Assembly (NCBI RefSeq): GCF_009914755.1 | Contig: NC_060925.1 | Source: the human T2T-CHM13v2.0 reference genome, Homo sapiens | Direction: 5' to 3' (one strand) | DNA length: 64,000 bases | Shown: in pieces, positions 42,566 through 56,281 of the stretch | Numbering within the stretch: the first letter of the stretch is position 1 | Layout: each line of letters starts with the position of its first letter | Position numbers and translations under genes: made by a program | The notes under the pieces: generated by a model | Seen by the model: only the letters and a program-made list of their open reading frames with translations | Databases searched by the model: none | What the model was told of the DNA's origin: nothing

Positions 42566-44603
42566 TAGATATAACAAAAAGTACAAAAACGATAGCTTCT
42601 AAATATATACATGGATATTTTCTTATTTAAATTTTACTGCCTTTTCTCTTATCACTTTGTGAATTCCTATATATATTTTCAAAACTTGTTGACTCAGCTG
42701 AACCAATTTCTTTTTTTCATATTAGAGTGGCAGACATAAAATAATTCTTCCAAAAACAAAGTGTGTATTTCTATTCAAATATTTTCCCTGAAAATCTTTC
42801 AACCAAGAGATTAATAATTGTTCCTTGATTAAATTCAGTGTTCACTTCCTGACATGTAAGGTTAGACTGAATGGAAAGACATAAGCCTGATTTCTTAAGT
42901 TAGAAATGATTTAAGTTAGTTCATCTGTAGGATTCACTAAGGCCAGCCTTGTTGAGATAAATGTATTTCTAATTATGTTTTTAGAATCCTAGGCAGGATG
43001 TGTTGACCTCTCTCAGATGATTTAGCTGAGCACATTACTCAAACATTTCTGTTAAAATATGGAGTGCTCAAGTCAGGAAGTAATGCATGATAGCTTTGAA
43101 GCTTGGAAAAATAACAATGTTTATTTTATTTAATTCTTTAAAATTTTGAGAATAGAATCACTGAAACATAAAGAATGAGTTCCTGTGACAATTCTGGACT
43201 TATAATGAGATGGAAAATATTCAGAAGTTGTTCCTGGAATCAAATTTGGTTTTGATTATTATAATTGTAGATGGCTTTGAATAGAAAGATCTTTAGAGGA
43301 TATATATATATATACACACTGGCATAGAAGAGTCTGAGTCTGAAAGTCCAGGCACGGGCGCTCTGGTACTGTACCTTCCTCCATATAATTTGATCTTAGA
43401 AAAATTCTCTCTCCAGTCCTTAGTCTCTTCACTATTCAGTGAAGAGAGTGAGTTTGCTTTAATAAAATTTGAGACCCAGAAGAATGTTGAGAAGCCATCT
43501 AGTCGGACTTCCTCATTTTATAGATGGGATTACTGTATACTGGTATACACCCAGTATACGTAGGATGACTATGCAATTTGTTGATTGTGATGGTTATATG
43601 AATATAATAGCTGAGCAGAATAATTATTCTTGATATATGCTTACCTTAATCAGTTTCTTAACATGAACTCATCTGTCATACATCAATTGTATAATTTCTG
43701 AAAAACATTTTTTCCTCAAAATTGACTTATTTTTAGGTTTCTCATAAAATTGCTTATAATACTTTATAAAGTTGCACTTGGTTAATGAATTTTGCATGCT
43801 GACACTTTAATTGACCTTTCTCCGTAGATCTTATTCTGAATTGAGTAAATTCTCTCTCTACAGGTAATGGGTAACCTCAGAATAAATTCTGCTAAATGGG
43901 ATTATATTTTTATATTAATACATACAATTATTTTAGTCAAAATATTTTCACTGGTAATGTCTTTTTGTCTCCAAAAATTATATTTCTTTGCAAATATTTT
44001 ACAAGGCTAATCTCATTAAAAATTATCTCTGATCTTAAAGAAAAATTTTAAATCCAAATTTAGAAGGATGTTGCAAAATTTTAAGTCTAATTTTTTTTTC
44101 ACAGGTTTGAGGAATAAAAAGTTTAGAAGTAGGAGGTCCATCAAAAGATTCCTCCCACAAAAGTGATAATCTTAAAGCACAATTTCTAAGTATCCTAAAT
44201 TAAATATTGTACACTCTTGAGCTCTTATTTTTCAGTCCTTCATTGACTGCATAGGACTAATTTAAATTCTTACTGTGTATAAGATTTGTTTTCAATAATT
44301 GCAGTTAACTAAAAGTTACAAAAGGTGAAGCTTCTTGATGCTTCATTTATTGGATATGTTGATTAAAGATTTCCAACTGATTTTAAAGAAAATATATCCA
44401 AAACTTAGATTACTGATGTATAAAAATTTTTCAGTACTATTGTTGGGTACTTAGTTTGATACACAAATTAGTTTTTCAGTGGTACAATTAGTTGGGTTGA
44501 TGATGATCAGCAAAAAGGAAAAAATATACTGCTCTGCTGAAGTATGTTTTTATATTTAATATCAGCTTTATTAAAAACATTTTATGATTCAGATAACCTA
44601 CCT

Positions 44604-45275
44604 CAGGAGTCAGCAAACTTGTTCTATAAAGAACCAAATACTGAATATTTCAGACTTTGTGAGACATATGGTCTCTGTTGCAAGTACTCAGTTTTGCCAT
44701 CATAGCATGAAAGCAGCCGTAGACAATAGTACTCAAACAGATGTGGTTGTGTTTCCAGGGCCATCGTAACAAAGTATCACAAACTAGTTGCTTCAACTAC
44801 ACACAGTTATTCTCATACACTTGTAAAGGCTGGAAGTCCTAAATCAAGGTGTTGACAAGATTGGTTGCTTCTAGTGGTTCTGAGGGAGAATCTGTTCCAT
44901 GCCTCTCCTAGTTTCTGGTGGTTGCCAGCAATCTTTGGCATTCCTTGACTTGTGGCAGTATAACTCAAAAGTCTGCCTCTGAGGTCACATGGCATTCTTC
45001 CTTTGTTCCTGTCTCTGCATCTCTGGTTCAAATTTCCCTTTTCTTATAAAGATACCAGTGATTAGATTGAGGCCCATCTTAATCCAGTATGACCTCATCT
45101 TATCTTGATGGTATATGCGAAGACATGATTTCCAAATAAGGTCATATTTTCAGGTGCAAGGGGGTTAAGATTTGAACATATCTTTTAAAGAGACACAATT
45201 CTACCCACTGTACTATGTTCCAATGAAACATTATTTACAAAATCATGTTTTGTGGGCTGTTATTTGCTGACCTTC
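44604..45275 (-). mobile_element. MER58A split by an MLT1C
   Basis: 'caggagtcagcaaact...gcagccgtagacaata' resumes after the LTR as 'ctatgttccaatgaaacattatttacaaaa'. Confidence 0.8.
44750..45212 (-). mobile_element. MLT1C-like LTR
   Basis: 'aatccagtatgacctcatctt', 'ttccaaataaggtcatatt'. Confidence 0.85.
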
Positions 45276-46321
45276 CTCTAACTGAACTTCAATTGTAGTA
45301 ATGTTTGTAAGTTTTCACAGCTATAGATCTTATATTAATTGGTAGAATATTGCAGCTTATTTAAACACAGTTACAAATTATGTAGGCAGTGCAACCAATT
45401 CCAAGTACATTTCTGCTTATAAGTTAATTTAGTAAAGAACATTATTTTTTCATAGCACTATATCAACCTAAATTTATATTCACATACTTTTATATGTATG
45501 ATTAACTTTTAACTGAATTTCTATAGCATTTGTAATAATTTCAAATGTTTGATCTTTTATAGAATGACTCTCTAAAAGTTTTACTTTGATTCCTTGAATT
45601 GAAAAAATTGAGTCATGATTAGAATCAACTGACTTTTAAAAAATTAATGATACTTATATAAAACTGGCATTGTGCTGTGTGCAAAGTTATTGTTCTACTA
45701 ATAGAGCTAACACATTAAAAAGTACAGCTTCTTTTTTTAATCTTGCATATGAGAATTTAGAATTAAAAATAAGCAAAAATTAGATTGCATTTGATCTAAA
45801 GGCAAAGTCTTGCTTCATAGAGTGATATTTAAACTCATAGCTAAAGCTTTTATATCATCACCCCTGGTCACAGCCTTATTAAAATAGTTACTAACTTCTG
45901 AAACTGACATTCTGCAGATTTGTCTTCTGATTCTCTTGTGGTTGGTAATGTCACTTTTGCCCTCATGGTTGATGAGAAATGCTAATATTAAAGTTATACT
46001 TTATCATTAATCTTCTTCTGCAATGGAGAATACTGGATTTTTCTTAGTCATGTATTTAAGCGACTCATGCTGAAAAGTCTTACGAAAAGGAAAAAAGGTA
46101 CCAAACAGCCATAGATTTACATCCCATAGTGTAAGTGATGAACTATCATAGCAAAAGTATTCAGACTACATTTTCTACACCCGTGGTAGGTCTGCTTCGC
46201 TTCTATTTCTCATTCATGTTAAATGCATTTCTGTCTTGTGATGTCTACTTTCTCACTGATCCCACCAACTGGAAGTCTGGTTTTCTACATCACACACTGA
46301 CCGTGGCATGAACCATCTCAC

Positions 46322-46462
46322 CTGGATGGTATACATGATGGCCAGGGGCAGCAGTGTCAAATGCTTCGCCCTCCTTCCATGATGGCCAGAGGAAGGTAAC
46401 TCTTCCTACCTCTATTGTCTGATCATGTTTTGTTTTGTTAGCAAATGCCCTGACTCACAAAC
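46322..46462 (-). pseudogene. Candidate exon (141 nt)
   Basis: tcttcttcttccag| acceptor, cag|gtgaga donor; one frame L*VRAFANKTKHDQTIEVGRVTFLWPSWKEGEAFDTAAPGHHVYHP. Confidence 0.45.
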
Positions 46463-47773
46463 CTGGAAGAAGAAGATTTAGTTATAGTGCATCTGAAAAA
46501 GGGCAAGAAAAGAAAAAGCCTGTGTACCTTTCAGATTTTATGAAACTATATGTTGAAGTCAGAACACTGTTAATTACATGTGCATGTCACACAGACATGC
46601 CCATGGCAGAAGAGTCACATACCAGTGGAATTGTGCTTAACCAATTAGGCTCATTTTAATGTAACTATTAATATTTCACTTAAAATAAATCCTGAATAAA
46701 TGCTGAACTTCCAGGATGTAGCATAATAGGCATACATTATAGCTGTCATAGGTAACTGCTACTTATGGTCATCCTTAGAATGTCATATAGTAAAGTAGAC
46801 TTTCAGGCTCTTGAGCCTATCAGAGTTAATTTACTTTTATAAAAGTATGCTTTAGGCTTAACTTCTGCTCATTATCTCCTGTGTGTTATTTTAATTTTCT
46901 TTAATTTACCTAAATAAATTTCCCTAAAGTAATTTGTCCTTCCCTCAGAATCTATTCAGCTTGAAGTGAGTTAAAGAAAACAGCTTTCTTCTGGAGAATA
47001 CAGCATACTTAGTCTCTGGAGAAATGTAAAAAACCTTCTCCTGAACTGGTAGTTCTTAAGCCCTAGTGTGTGTAAGAATCACCTAGGGTGCTTATTAAAA
47101 CTGTACATTTCTGCCCTTCACTGGTAGTAAAAATTAAAAATTCAATTACATTTTGGACATTTTTAAAGGCTATTGACTTATTATCCCTCCCTTTTTACTT
47201 TCAAAATGACTATTTTCTCTTCCCTTTCTTGCATGTAACAAATACTGAATTTCTAATAGTATCAAGCAAAATCTTGATAAATAGGTTAAGGTCATCTTGA
47301 GCAAAGAAGGCAGGGATCTCAGATTAAAATAAGTGTTGATGTGTTATTTAGAAAAAATCGAGATATTATAAGGGCACAGCTATAGGGAAACTTAACCTAA
47401 CTTGAGTGGTATGGTAAACTGAAGAAGTGATATGTGTTCTGAATTTGTTTTTAAATCAAGTACTTGAATGTGACTAAGAGGAAGGTTTGTGGATACCATC
47501 CTGGAAATAGTAACAAGAAGAGAAAATATATACTAGATGTGTTAGGATATTTATAGTGCTAACCTTTCCTGTCTCTAATGGATATTTCAGAATATCAGAC
47601 ATTTTCTTTTTTATAATTTACTAAATTGTTTTTTTTGAATGTTGCAATATATTGATTTTCATAGTTTCTTAAAATGATTTAGAAAATATTTAATTATACC
47701 TTTTTAAAACAATTATATAATAGTAGCAATCCTAGTCAGTAATATATCGATTCAGTAAAATTTAAAAATAAAC

Positions 47774-47815
47774 TTTTAAAGTAATTGAAGATACTATACT
47801 TCAATTACTTTAAAA
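47774..47815. repeat. Perfect 17-bp inverted repeat with 8-nt spacer
   Basis: ttttaaagtaattgaag-atactata-cttcaattactttaaaa. Confidence 0.95.
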
Positions 47816-47968
47816 ACTATGAAAATGAAAAAGACCTATGAAAATATATGTTTTAATTCTAATGGGGGTTTGACTGAAGTGCATATCAATTTACATCTAG
47901 AAAAATGTAAATTAGAAATGCACTATGCCATTTAATATGCAATATAAGTCTTTATAAAATGGACCCAC

Positions 47969-48217
47969 CTTAGACGACTTCTAGTTGCATTTTTCAAAAA
48001 ATCAAATCCACTTTTTGTTGTAAGTCTCTTTCCCTAGAAATTACTCTGATGGCACAGCTCCAAATTAGTTAACTGTACAATGCTAATGACACAAAGACCA
48101 AGGCTATGTAATCTGTTTATGACTGCCCACCTGTGTGGGCATATGCCACTCATCACCAGAGTAACTTTCACAAGAGTTTGAAAGTGTGAATGGAGCAATT
48201 CAAATTTATGCTCACTC
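47969..48217 (-). pseudogene. Candidate exon (249 nt)
   Basis: ctattttcag| acceptor, aag|gtgggt donor; SEHKFELLHSHFQTLVKV...NF*GKRLTTKSGFDFLKNATRSRL (1 stop). Confidence 0.45.
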
Positions 48218-48620
48218 CTGAAAATAGCTTGCATTTTATGTCTTTCTGTTGAAAAATTAGCATCACTTTTGATAAGGTAGAATGATTATGCTAGGGATTT
48301 AACTTGTATATTTAGTCTCTTACAAATATTAGCAGGATTAGATGATTATTTAGATACCAGATTGAAATTTTCAAGCAGTGGGGATGAGAGGGAGAAATGT
48401 CGACAGTTAAGAGATCCTGGTTAAGGGATGGTCTACTGGATGCAGGAAGGATATATTGAATATTTGTATCTACCTATACTTAATGGCTCAAACTCAGTTT
48501 GAAGGTCAATTTTAGAAGAGTGATAAGGCCGCCTCTCTAAGTGAGACTTCCTATACTACTTGATGTAGTCAATAGAAGCAGAGGTTTATGGAAAGCAGGA
48601 AACTATTTCTAGATAGTGAA

Positions 48621-48974
48621 GGTCTAAGTTTGGACTGTTATAACAATACCATAAATGGGTGGCTTAAACAACAGGCTTTTATTTCTCATTTTTCTGGAGG
48701 CTAGGGAGTCTAAGATCAAGGCACTAATTGTGTCTGGTGAGGGCCTGGCCTGCTTCATAGATGGTTATCTTCGCCCTGTGTCCTCACATAGTAGAAAGAG
48801 TGCAAGAGGGCCTTCTGGGGTCCTGTTCATAAGGGCACTAATCTCATTCATGAGGGCTCCACTCCTTATGACCTAATTACCTTTCAAAGGCCCTACCTTC
48901 TAATACCATCACATTGGAGATTAGGATTTCAGCATATGAATTTTTTGGGGAAACTAACACTTAGTCCATTGCGA
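48621..48974 (-). mobile_element. MLT1A/A0-like LTR
   Basis: 'gggtggcttaaacaacag', 'aagggcactaatctcattcatgagggctcc'. Confidence 0.85.
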
Positions 48975-49984
48975 GGTGTTGAGTGAAGAGAACTGAACCG
49001 ACAAGAAAATGGGAATTGTATTCTCCCGGTCTGATCATTGACTCAAGACCTTTAGGAGCCACCTGGCGGTGGCCTCACGTCAGCCAGTGTAGGCTGGTGT
49101 AGACTGCCACAAGGAAAGCACACCTACCTATGCAACTCTTTTCTTTTGTACTAGAAGTGTGGCAGGATACTATTTTCCCCTTGTTTACTTCTAGTTATCC
49201 ATGACACTTTCTTCATTAGGACAATTTGACTACAAGCTCTTCATTGCCTCAGACAACTTCTACTCTGGAAAGTACAAAAAAGATCCACAGCCTCAAATTT
49301 AGACTCTCAGGGGATATAGGGAAAAATGATTTTCAGTTAAGGATTTATGCTTCTGAGACTAAATATTTTCCAGCTTGGGGCACAGAAAATAGGAGGTGAA
49401 GTGAGAACTTACGACACTGGTAGGTCTCCCTGCTTATGCTTTTTCAATCCCTTGGTAAGAGGATATGCTGAGAGAGGTGTCAGAGATCTCATAGCAATGG
49501 GAACTTGGGCTCCTATCCCCCAGGGAGAGCTCAAGGTATGAAATTTCACATTTCCTGGCCTGAGTTGGAGATAAAGATCATGCATGACTGACATGGCAGG
49601 GAAGGAGCAAGGCGAGTTGCCAGACCTGGAGGGGTGTTTTGGACAGAGACCAAAGAAAAGACCGGAACAAGAATGTCTCAGTGGATGCTAGCATGGACAG
49701 ATGACTCCCAAGTACAAAAACTGCCATGTTTCTCACCAAGAGCTGGGAATTAGGTATAATAACTTTGAGGGAAAGTTTGTAGTTTTGGGAAAGTGATACA
49801 TATTCTGAGATTGGATGGAAGGGGACAGTGTAGAAATGAAAGTGAGTCATTGGTCACCTATAATTGTGAACTGGGATTTGTTACAGCTTTTGAACTTCTT
49901 GATGGCAGAAATACTTTCCCGTCCTCTGTCTTCACTTATCTCCTTCTATATAAATAGATTTTTTAATTAATGAAAATCTGTATT

Positions 49985-50320
49985 AATACATTTTTATTTA
50001 GTACCCGCTAAGTGCTGGGGAAATTAGAATAAGTTCTTGGCCTCAAGGAACTCCCAGTCACACTGCACATGGTATTTGCACACATGGATGGGCAAATAAT
50101 TGCAATATAATATGGTAGGCACCATAATAGATATGTACTCAAGGAGTAGTGGTAGCACAAGGGAGGCAGTGATTTACTTTGTGGGTTGAAGAGAAGTCAG
50201 ACTACTTCAGAGAAGATAGCCTTTGAGAACTCTTTAAGGATGAATAGGAATTTGCCAAATAATTTAGCAGAGAAAAGTTTTTCAGGAACAGGACATTGAC
50301 AAAGGTGCAGAGTCACGAAT
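49985..50320 (-). mobile_element. L2 fragment
   Basis: 'cctcaaggaactcccagtc', 'aaggatgaataggaatttgcca'. Confidence 0.6.
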
Positions 50321-50321
50321 G

Positions 50322-50324
<3 letters not shown>

Positions 50325-50354
<30 letters not shown>
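50325..50354 (+). repeat. (TG)15 microsatellite
   Basis: Direct reading. Confidence 0.97.
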
Positions 50355-50357
<3 letters not shown>

Positions 50358-50808
50358 CTATTTTGTAAAGAGAATGGTAGCAAAAATTACTGTTCTAAGC
50401 GTAAGATTGTTGCTTATTGACCTTAAATTGTGGGAAGATGGTGAGACGCCAAGACAGTAATGTTTGTAAAACACATCAAAAACTTCACAAATGTAAGGTT
50501 ATGGTGTTATTATCTAATAAAATGCTTACTAAATGAAGATTATAAAGGCCTAACTTGTTTTTTAGATCTTTAGGTATTGTTACCTCTTTTTAAAAATATT
50601 TATGAAAAAGCCTCCTTTAGAATCTTAACTTTTCCTTATTATTCTGACCCTGAAATGGAATTGTCTTGTCATTTACAAAACATTTAATAGTGCCCAACGT
50701 TGTCATAAAGAGAAAAATAATCTTTGATCTTTTCTAATAGCTGATATTCATAAACCCTTCTTCTTAGAGGTCTTAAAATGTTTCTGGAGAATTATCAATT
50801 GTGCATAA

Positions 50809-51117
<309 letters not shown>

Positions 51118-52481
51118 TGTTTGCCTATTTTAACACTGGAAAACCAGAAGCAGTCGGAACATTAACTTTGAACACTGGAATAAATCTGTAATGGCAAAGT
51201 CAATAGCAGAACTTCACAAACCAGAGAACTTAAGGGGATTTCAGTTATTATCACTTATAGAAGAAATGTGTATTAATGCATTATCTTAAAAGAGGAGTTA
51301 AGTCTATGCTACAAAACTAATAGAAAACAATTAAAAGACTTACTACTTTATTTGGCATGTCATTTTCTTTGCGTTTCTAGAAGACTTAAAAATGATTGTC
51401 TACTTGCTATCATACCATATACATTTTTGACTCTTTGGTCAAATTTGTCTGAATTGATTAAACAAAAATAACATGGGAGACAGTAGGAAGATTAAAATTC
51501 ACAGCAGGCAGAGGCAATAAACCAAATGACTGAATTTGAAGTTTGACTTCTTTCTGATATTTTTATTAGATTCTCACAAGTAGAGTTCAAGCTTAACACT
51601 TTAGAATGAGAGATTTCCAAAATCCTGGCTTTCAGTGAATAAGGATAAAAACAGAAAAAAACTGCCCATAAAAATTTAAGAAAATCTAGAATGACTTATA
51701 CAATCTTAAGTTTGGCAGCCAATATATTTCTTTCTTACATAATCCCAAGAAAAAATGTCAAATATTTATAGATGTACTAGCAAATTATAAGAACAAGTTT
51801 TCTGATATAAGCTGTAACACTTAACATTTCTAATTTTATTAGAAACCTTTAAAATATACTGGATTCTTCTAACAAAGAAACTGGCAGATTTATAACTCTT
51901 CAGTTATATTTAGTATTCAGCTCTTTTAACTCTTATTTTGAAGATTTCCTTACCCATTGGGAGACATTAATTTATGTTTGCAGAATTCTTGGTTTATCTT
52001 TGAGAATTAAAGTATGTTTTTTATTTATTCACCCACTCGTTAGATTCTTTCAGTCTTGCAACATTCAATATTGAACAGACATGTTTCATGTAAGGATTTG
52101 TTCTAAGTCATTGCCAAGGGCAGCAATTACGTGTGTAGGTTTTGGGGCAGATGGGTAAATGTTGCTGTTCCAGCTTTATCAATTAACATCAGCATGCCAT
52201 GCATATTATTTTATGTCTCTAAGTGTCTCTTCTGTAAAATGAAGAGAATAATAGAACTTATAATTTCATAAAAATAGAATGAGAACACTTAATTTGTAGT
52301 AAAAAAGCCAAATTTCAAATTTTAGAGAGATCACTCAATCTCTGTATGTATCAAGTTTTTTCAGTAGTAAAGCAGATTTATGTCATTTGCCTGATCTACC
52401 TCATTATTGTTATAAAGACAAAGGGCACAACATACATTGTACTTTGTAAACGCTACAATGCTAGAGTTAGAAGTCTTATTG

Positions 52482-52660
52482 AATTATATCTATGATCTAT
52501 ATAATCATATAATATATAATTATACCTATATAACTATAATCTATATAGTAATTATATAATATATATCTATATAACATATAATCTATATAATTTATAATAT
52601 ATAATATCAATATAATAATATAATTAGATCTATCTAGTTATATCTATATGATCTGATATG
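52482..52660. repeat. AT-rich (TA-like) low-complexity tract
   Basis: Degenerate tataat/tctata units. Confidence 0.85.
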
Positions 52661-53450
52661 TAGACCTGGGATGGAGAAGGTGCTGAATAAGGATTTGTTG
52701 AATGAATAACATATTTATTCATTAATAAACATTTATTAGAAGCTTATTGCCAGGATTAAATAGAAATGCATTTAAAGAGCTAGCACCATGCTTAATACTT
52801 AGTAAAATTTTCAGTATGAGAGTTGTTGCTATATTATAGCTATCATGCTCTATAAGTCCAAAGTAAATGTAAGCAATAATTATTTTCATTTTAAAAAGCC
52901 CTAAATATGCAACAACATATGAAAACATTTTGTTTAGGATTGAAGAGCACATTGTACCCCTTTAACACTTGCCACATTTGTCTCATATTTTTTCATGTGT
53001 GCATGTGACATATCCTCTTTCCTCGCCTTCACTCCAGACTCATGTTTTAAGCTTCCTTAAGATTTGATGCATCTATTGAGTGCCCAGAGGGCTCACAGCC
53101 AGTGGCTGCAGCCTCTTAGTTCTTCCCTTGCAAGCTTGGTTAAAACTTAGTACTTCCCTCCAAATGAGACTTGATCCTTGATAAGAGCCAGAGACCCAAG
53201 TTTTCTCTAGAAGTTCATAGTCATCATTGCATGTACATAAATAGTTATACTCAGGCAGAAATTCTCCCTTAGTTTTGGATGTTTAGTGTAGCAAGTGTTT
53301 GTATGAGTAGCTCCTTCAGTATTTTAATGGAAAGGAGATGTAAGCTCTCCACTAGAATAGAAGCTCTACAAGGGCCTGAAATATTCGCTATTGTATGTGA
53401 GGGAGGGAGGAAGGTCAAGTATTATTGGCATGGTATCACGTAAAATAAAC

Positions 53451-53547
53451 CTAGAATTCTGAATATCTTTATGGCATCTATCACAGTTGTTGTTTAAAAC
53501 CTTTTTCATTTCATATCCGTAAGTTTCCAAACCCATTCTTTTCACCG
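53451..53547 (-). pseudogene. Candidate exon (97 nt)
   Basis: ccacttttttttag| acceptor, weak tag|gtttat donor; VKRMGLETYGYEMKKVLNNNCDRCHKDIQNS open. Confidence 0.35.
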
Positions 53548-53686
53548 CTAAAAAAAAGTGGATTGAAAAACTAAATTCTAGTCTATGAGAGCTTTGTTCT
53601 CCGAATCAGAGTAGCATAAGATCCTTTTATTAATGCTGTCCAGGAATATTACTACTTATGTTATCAGCGTAATCCATTGACCTCAC

Positions 53687-53929
53687 ATTCCTTCATAGCT
53701 TAATTTAAGAACTAGTGGAGAAAAATTTTTAGGTATTTTTTGAAGGTATGTGTTCAGACTGGCTAATGAAGGAAATCCTTGCATTTAGAAAATGCCTTCA
53801 GGTTATCAGAGTTTATCTGATTCCAAGTCAGTGAGTAACCATTTATTAAGTTCCAATTTGCCAGGCTGAAAAATTCTATCCCTTCAGAGATGATTAATAA
53901 TGTAAGGGCAAGATACTTAAGAGCAACAC
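53687..53929 (-). pseudogene. Candidate exon (243 nt)
   Basis: Long pyrimidine tract then aaaatag|, aat|gtgagg donor; VALKYLALTLLII...NSDNLKAFSKCKDFLH*... Confidence 0.35.
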
Positions 53930-54973
53930 CTATTTTAAAGTCCAAAGAAGGAAGAAAATGAAGAGAATCATGTTCGCAGACTAGTTTAACCATGGTCCTC
54001 AACATAAACTAGATAAAGGAGTAGAAAGTATAGAGCCTAGAATTGGGTTTTAGGAGATTGCCTTAGTAAAGCTGTGGAATGAAGCAGAGTTATCAGCAAA
54101 GATTTAGAGAAACAATAGTGAGAGTGACTGGAAAAATACTGGTGTCCTATGAGCTAAAAGATAAGTGCTTGAACAAGGGAATGGCAAAAAGTTGTATATG
54201 AAACAAATGGCTGTTGTGTTTGGTTGAAAAGAATGATCTCACGTTAGAAAGCAACCTGGTGGAAGGTGACAAAGCTGTAGAGACAGGAGTTAAAGCAGTG
54301 AGGATGTGGAGACAGCAATGGTAGGTCTAATGTTGGAAAGAATTTAACCAAGAAAGAATGACATAGGCCAATAGCTGAGAGAGGTTAAAGGCTCAAATGA
54401 AGACTTTTTTGTTTTTTTCTAGTCTATTTGAACTTAATGATGTTTACTCTAAGTTTTAAAGAGCTAAACCAAGCATTTTACTGAACCATGTTAGCTGGCA
54501 TTTTATTTGCCAACAGACTATTAATTATAGTTTTCATTGGCAAGAGGTAGTTGTTAATATAGTTAATGAGTATCCTGTTGTAGTATAAATGGAGCTCATT
54601 GGCCTTTGCCTTAGGATGCCAGCATCAAACAAGTCAGTAACTGTTGCTGATGGTTAATTTCTTAGAAATTGCTACTTCTCTTACAGCATCAGAGTGGTTA
54701 CCCCCTTGATCTTCAGTAAGTAAACAGTAAATAGAATAAGTTACTAAATATACAAACTGGGATTACACATGTGAGTTCTTCTACAACAGGCAGTAAGATT
54801 TTGGCAGGAGCAATTAAACCCACTGAAAGGTTGATGTGAACTCCTCCTTAAGTCATTCCATTTCCAATGGCTAACATAGTCACAGAGGAAAGATGACCAC
54901 AGAGCCAGTGTAGTCAGAAAGCAACTTTATACTGCTGAATAGTGGCTTTCTCTGCTATTTATTTAGTAAGAGG

Positions 54974-55369
54974 TGTTAAGCTAAATTTGGCCTGAGGATG
55001 CCTCCATACTTTGAGTCTGTTATAACAAACTGCAACCTTAGTATAGAAACTGAAAGCCTCATATCGGTGTATACTTTTGTAATAGGTAGCTAAGTCACAA
55101 TCAATCACAACAGCCAAACTTGAGTCACAGGCTGCCAGCTGATCTGACCATATTTAAATAAGGTAAACAAAGAGCTGTGATGGATCAAGCTTCTCTTGTA
55201 TGTCACTTTATTTTTTCTGTCTATAAATGCTGTCTGTTCACAATACAGAACGGAGCTCTCTGAATGTCTCCTCATTCAATGTCCCCAATTCCTGAATTTG
55301 GCTGCCCAATTTGTGAATCGTTCATTGTTCAAATAAACTGTTAAACTTAATTTATATAAAGTTTTAGCA
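54974..55369 (+). mobile_element. MER57-like ERV1 solo LTR
   Basis: 'tgttaagctaaatttggcctgaggatgcctcc', 'tttaaataaggtaaac', 'gtgaatcgttcattgttcaaataaac'. Confidence 0.8.
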
Positions 55370-55873
55370 GGTGAAAGACTTCTCTCAAGTAGAATTTCAT
55401 GCTTGATATTTTACAACTCAGAAATATGCCTATTGCCATCTCAAGAGCACTTATTTTTGAGGCAATGTCAACAAAAGACAAGGACTGTGTGGTTGTTCAG
55501 GTTGAGGGTTGTTTTATTTCCATTTAGTTTCTGGGGATAATTTGAGTATTTCTTTAATTGTTGCTTCTTTTAAGAAAAAAACTCTAGTTGTTCCAACAAT
55601 CTTGGATTTTTAGTATTTAGGCATACCAGGAGGTCCTCAAATTGTTTTCAGTACCCATAAGCCTAATGGAAATCAGGCATTTCCTGTCAATCATGCTGTA
55701 TATCTCAGTAAAATAGCACATTGATTTTTTTTTAATTTTTGGCTAAAATTTTTTATCAATTTCTTGCTAATCAGGAGCTCTGGTGGTTAAACTTGCTGTT
55801 AATTTGTTAAGAATGTTAATTTAACAAACATAATTACAAAGAAATATTTAAAAAATGGGATTTATAAGGAAGT

Positions 55874-56281
55874 TGTCTTAGTCTATCTTGTGCTGCTGTA
55901 ACAAATTACCACAGACTGTAATTTAAAAGAAACAAATTTAATTCTCATAGTTCAGGATTCTGGGAAGCCCAATATCAAGGTGCAGGCATCTGGTGAGGGC
56001 CTTCTTGCTGCATGATAACATGGCAGCAGGGCAAATAAAGGAAGAAAAGGGGGTAGGAATGGGAGAGGAAATTTGCCTTTCCACTTTTTGTTTTATCCAG
56101 ATCTTTAGCCAATTGGCTGGCGCCTGCCCACATTGAGGGCAGATTTTTCCCACTCAGTCCACTGAATCACACACCAATCTCTCCTAGAAATACCCACAGA
56201 AACACACCCAGAATTACTATTTGACCAGTTCTGTAAGTATATTTTAATTCAGTCAAGTTGACCCTAAAATTAAGCATCATA
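55874..56281 (-). mobile_element. Composite LTR: MST-like part (55874-~56035) joined to MLT2-like part (~56040-56281)
   Basis: 'caaggtgcaggcatctggtgagggccttcttgctgc' (MST) and 'gcccacattgagggcag...cagtcaagttgaccctaaaattaagcatcata' (MLT2). Confidence 0.7.

Noticed and set aside
54688-54722. Isolated plus-strand micro-exon-like signal (also acceptors at ~2509 and ~43863)
   Set aside because: No supporting chain or coding signal; such sites are expected by chance.
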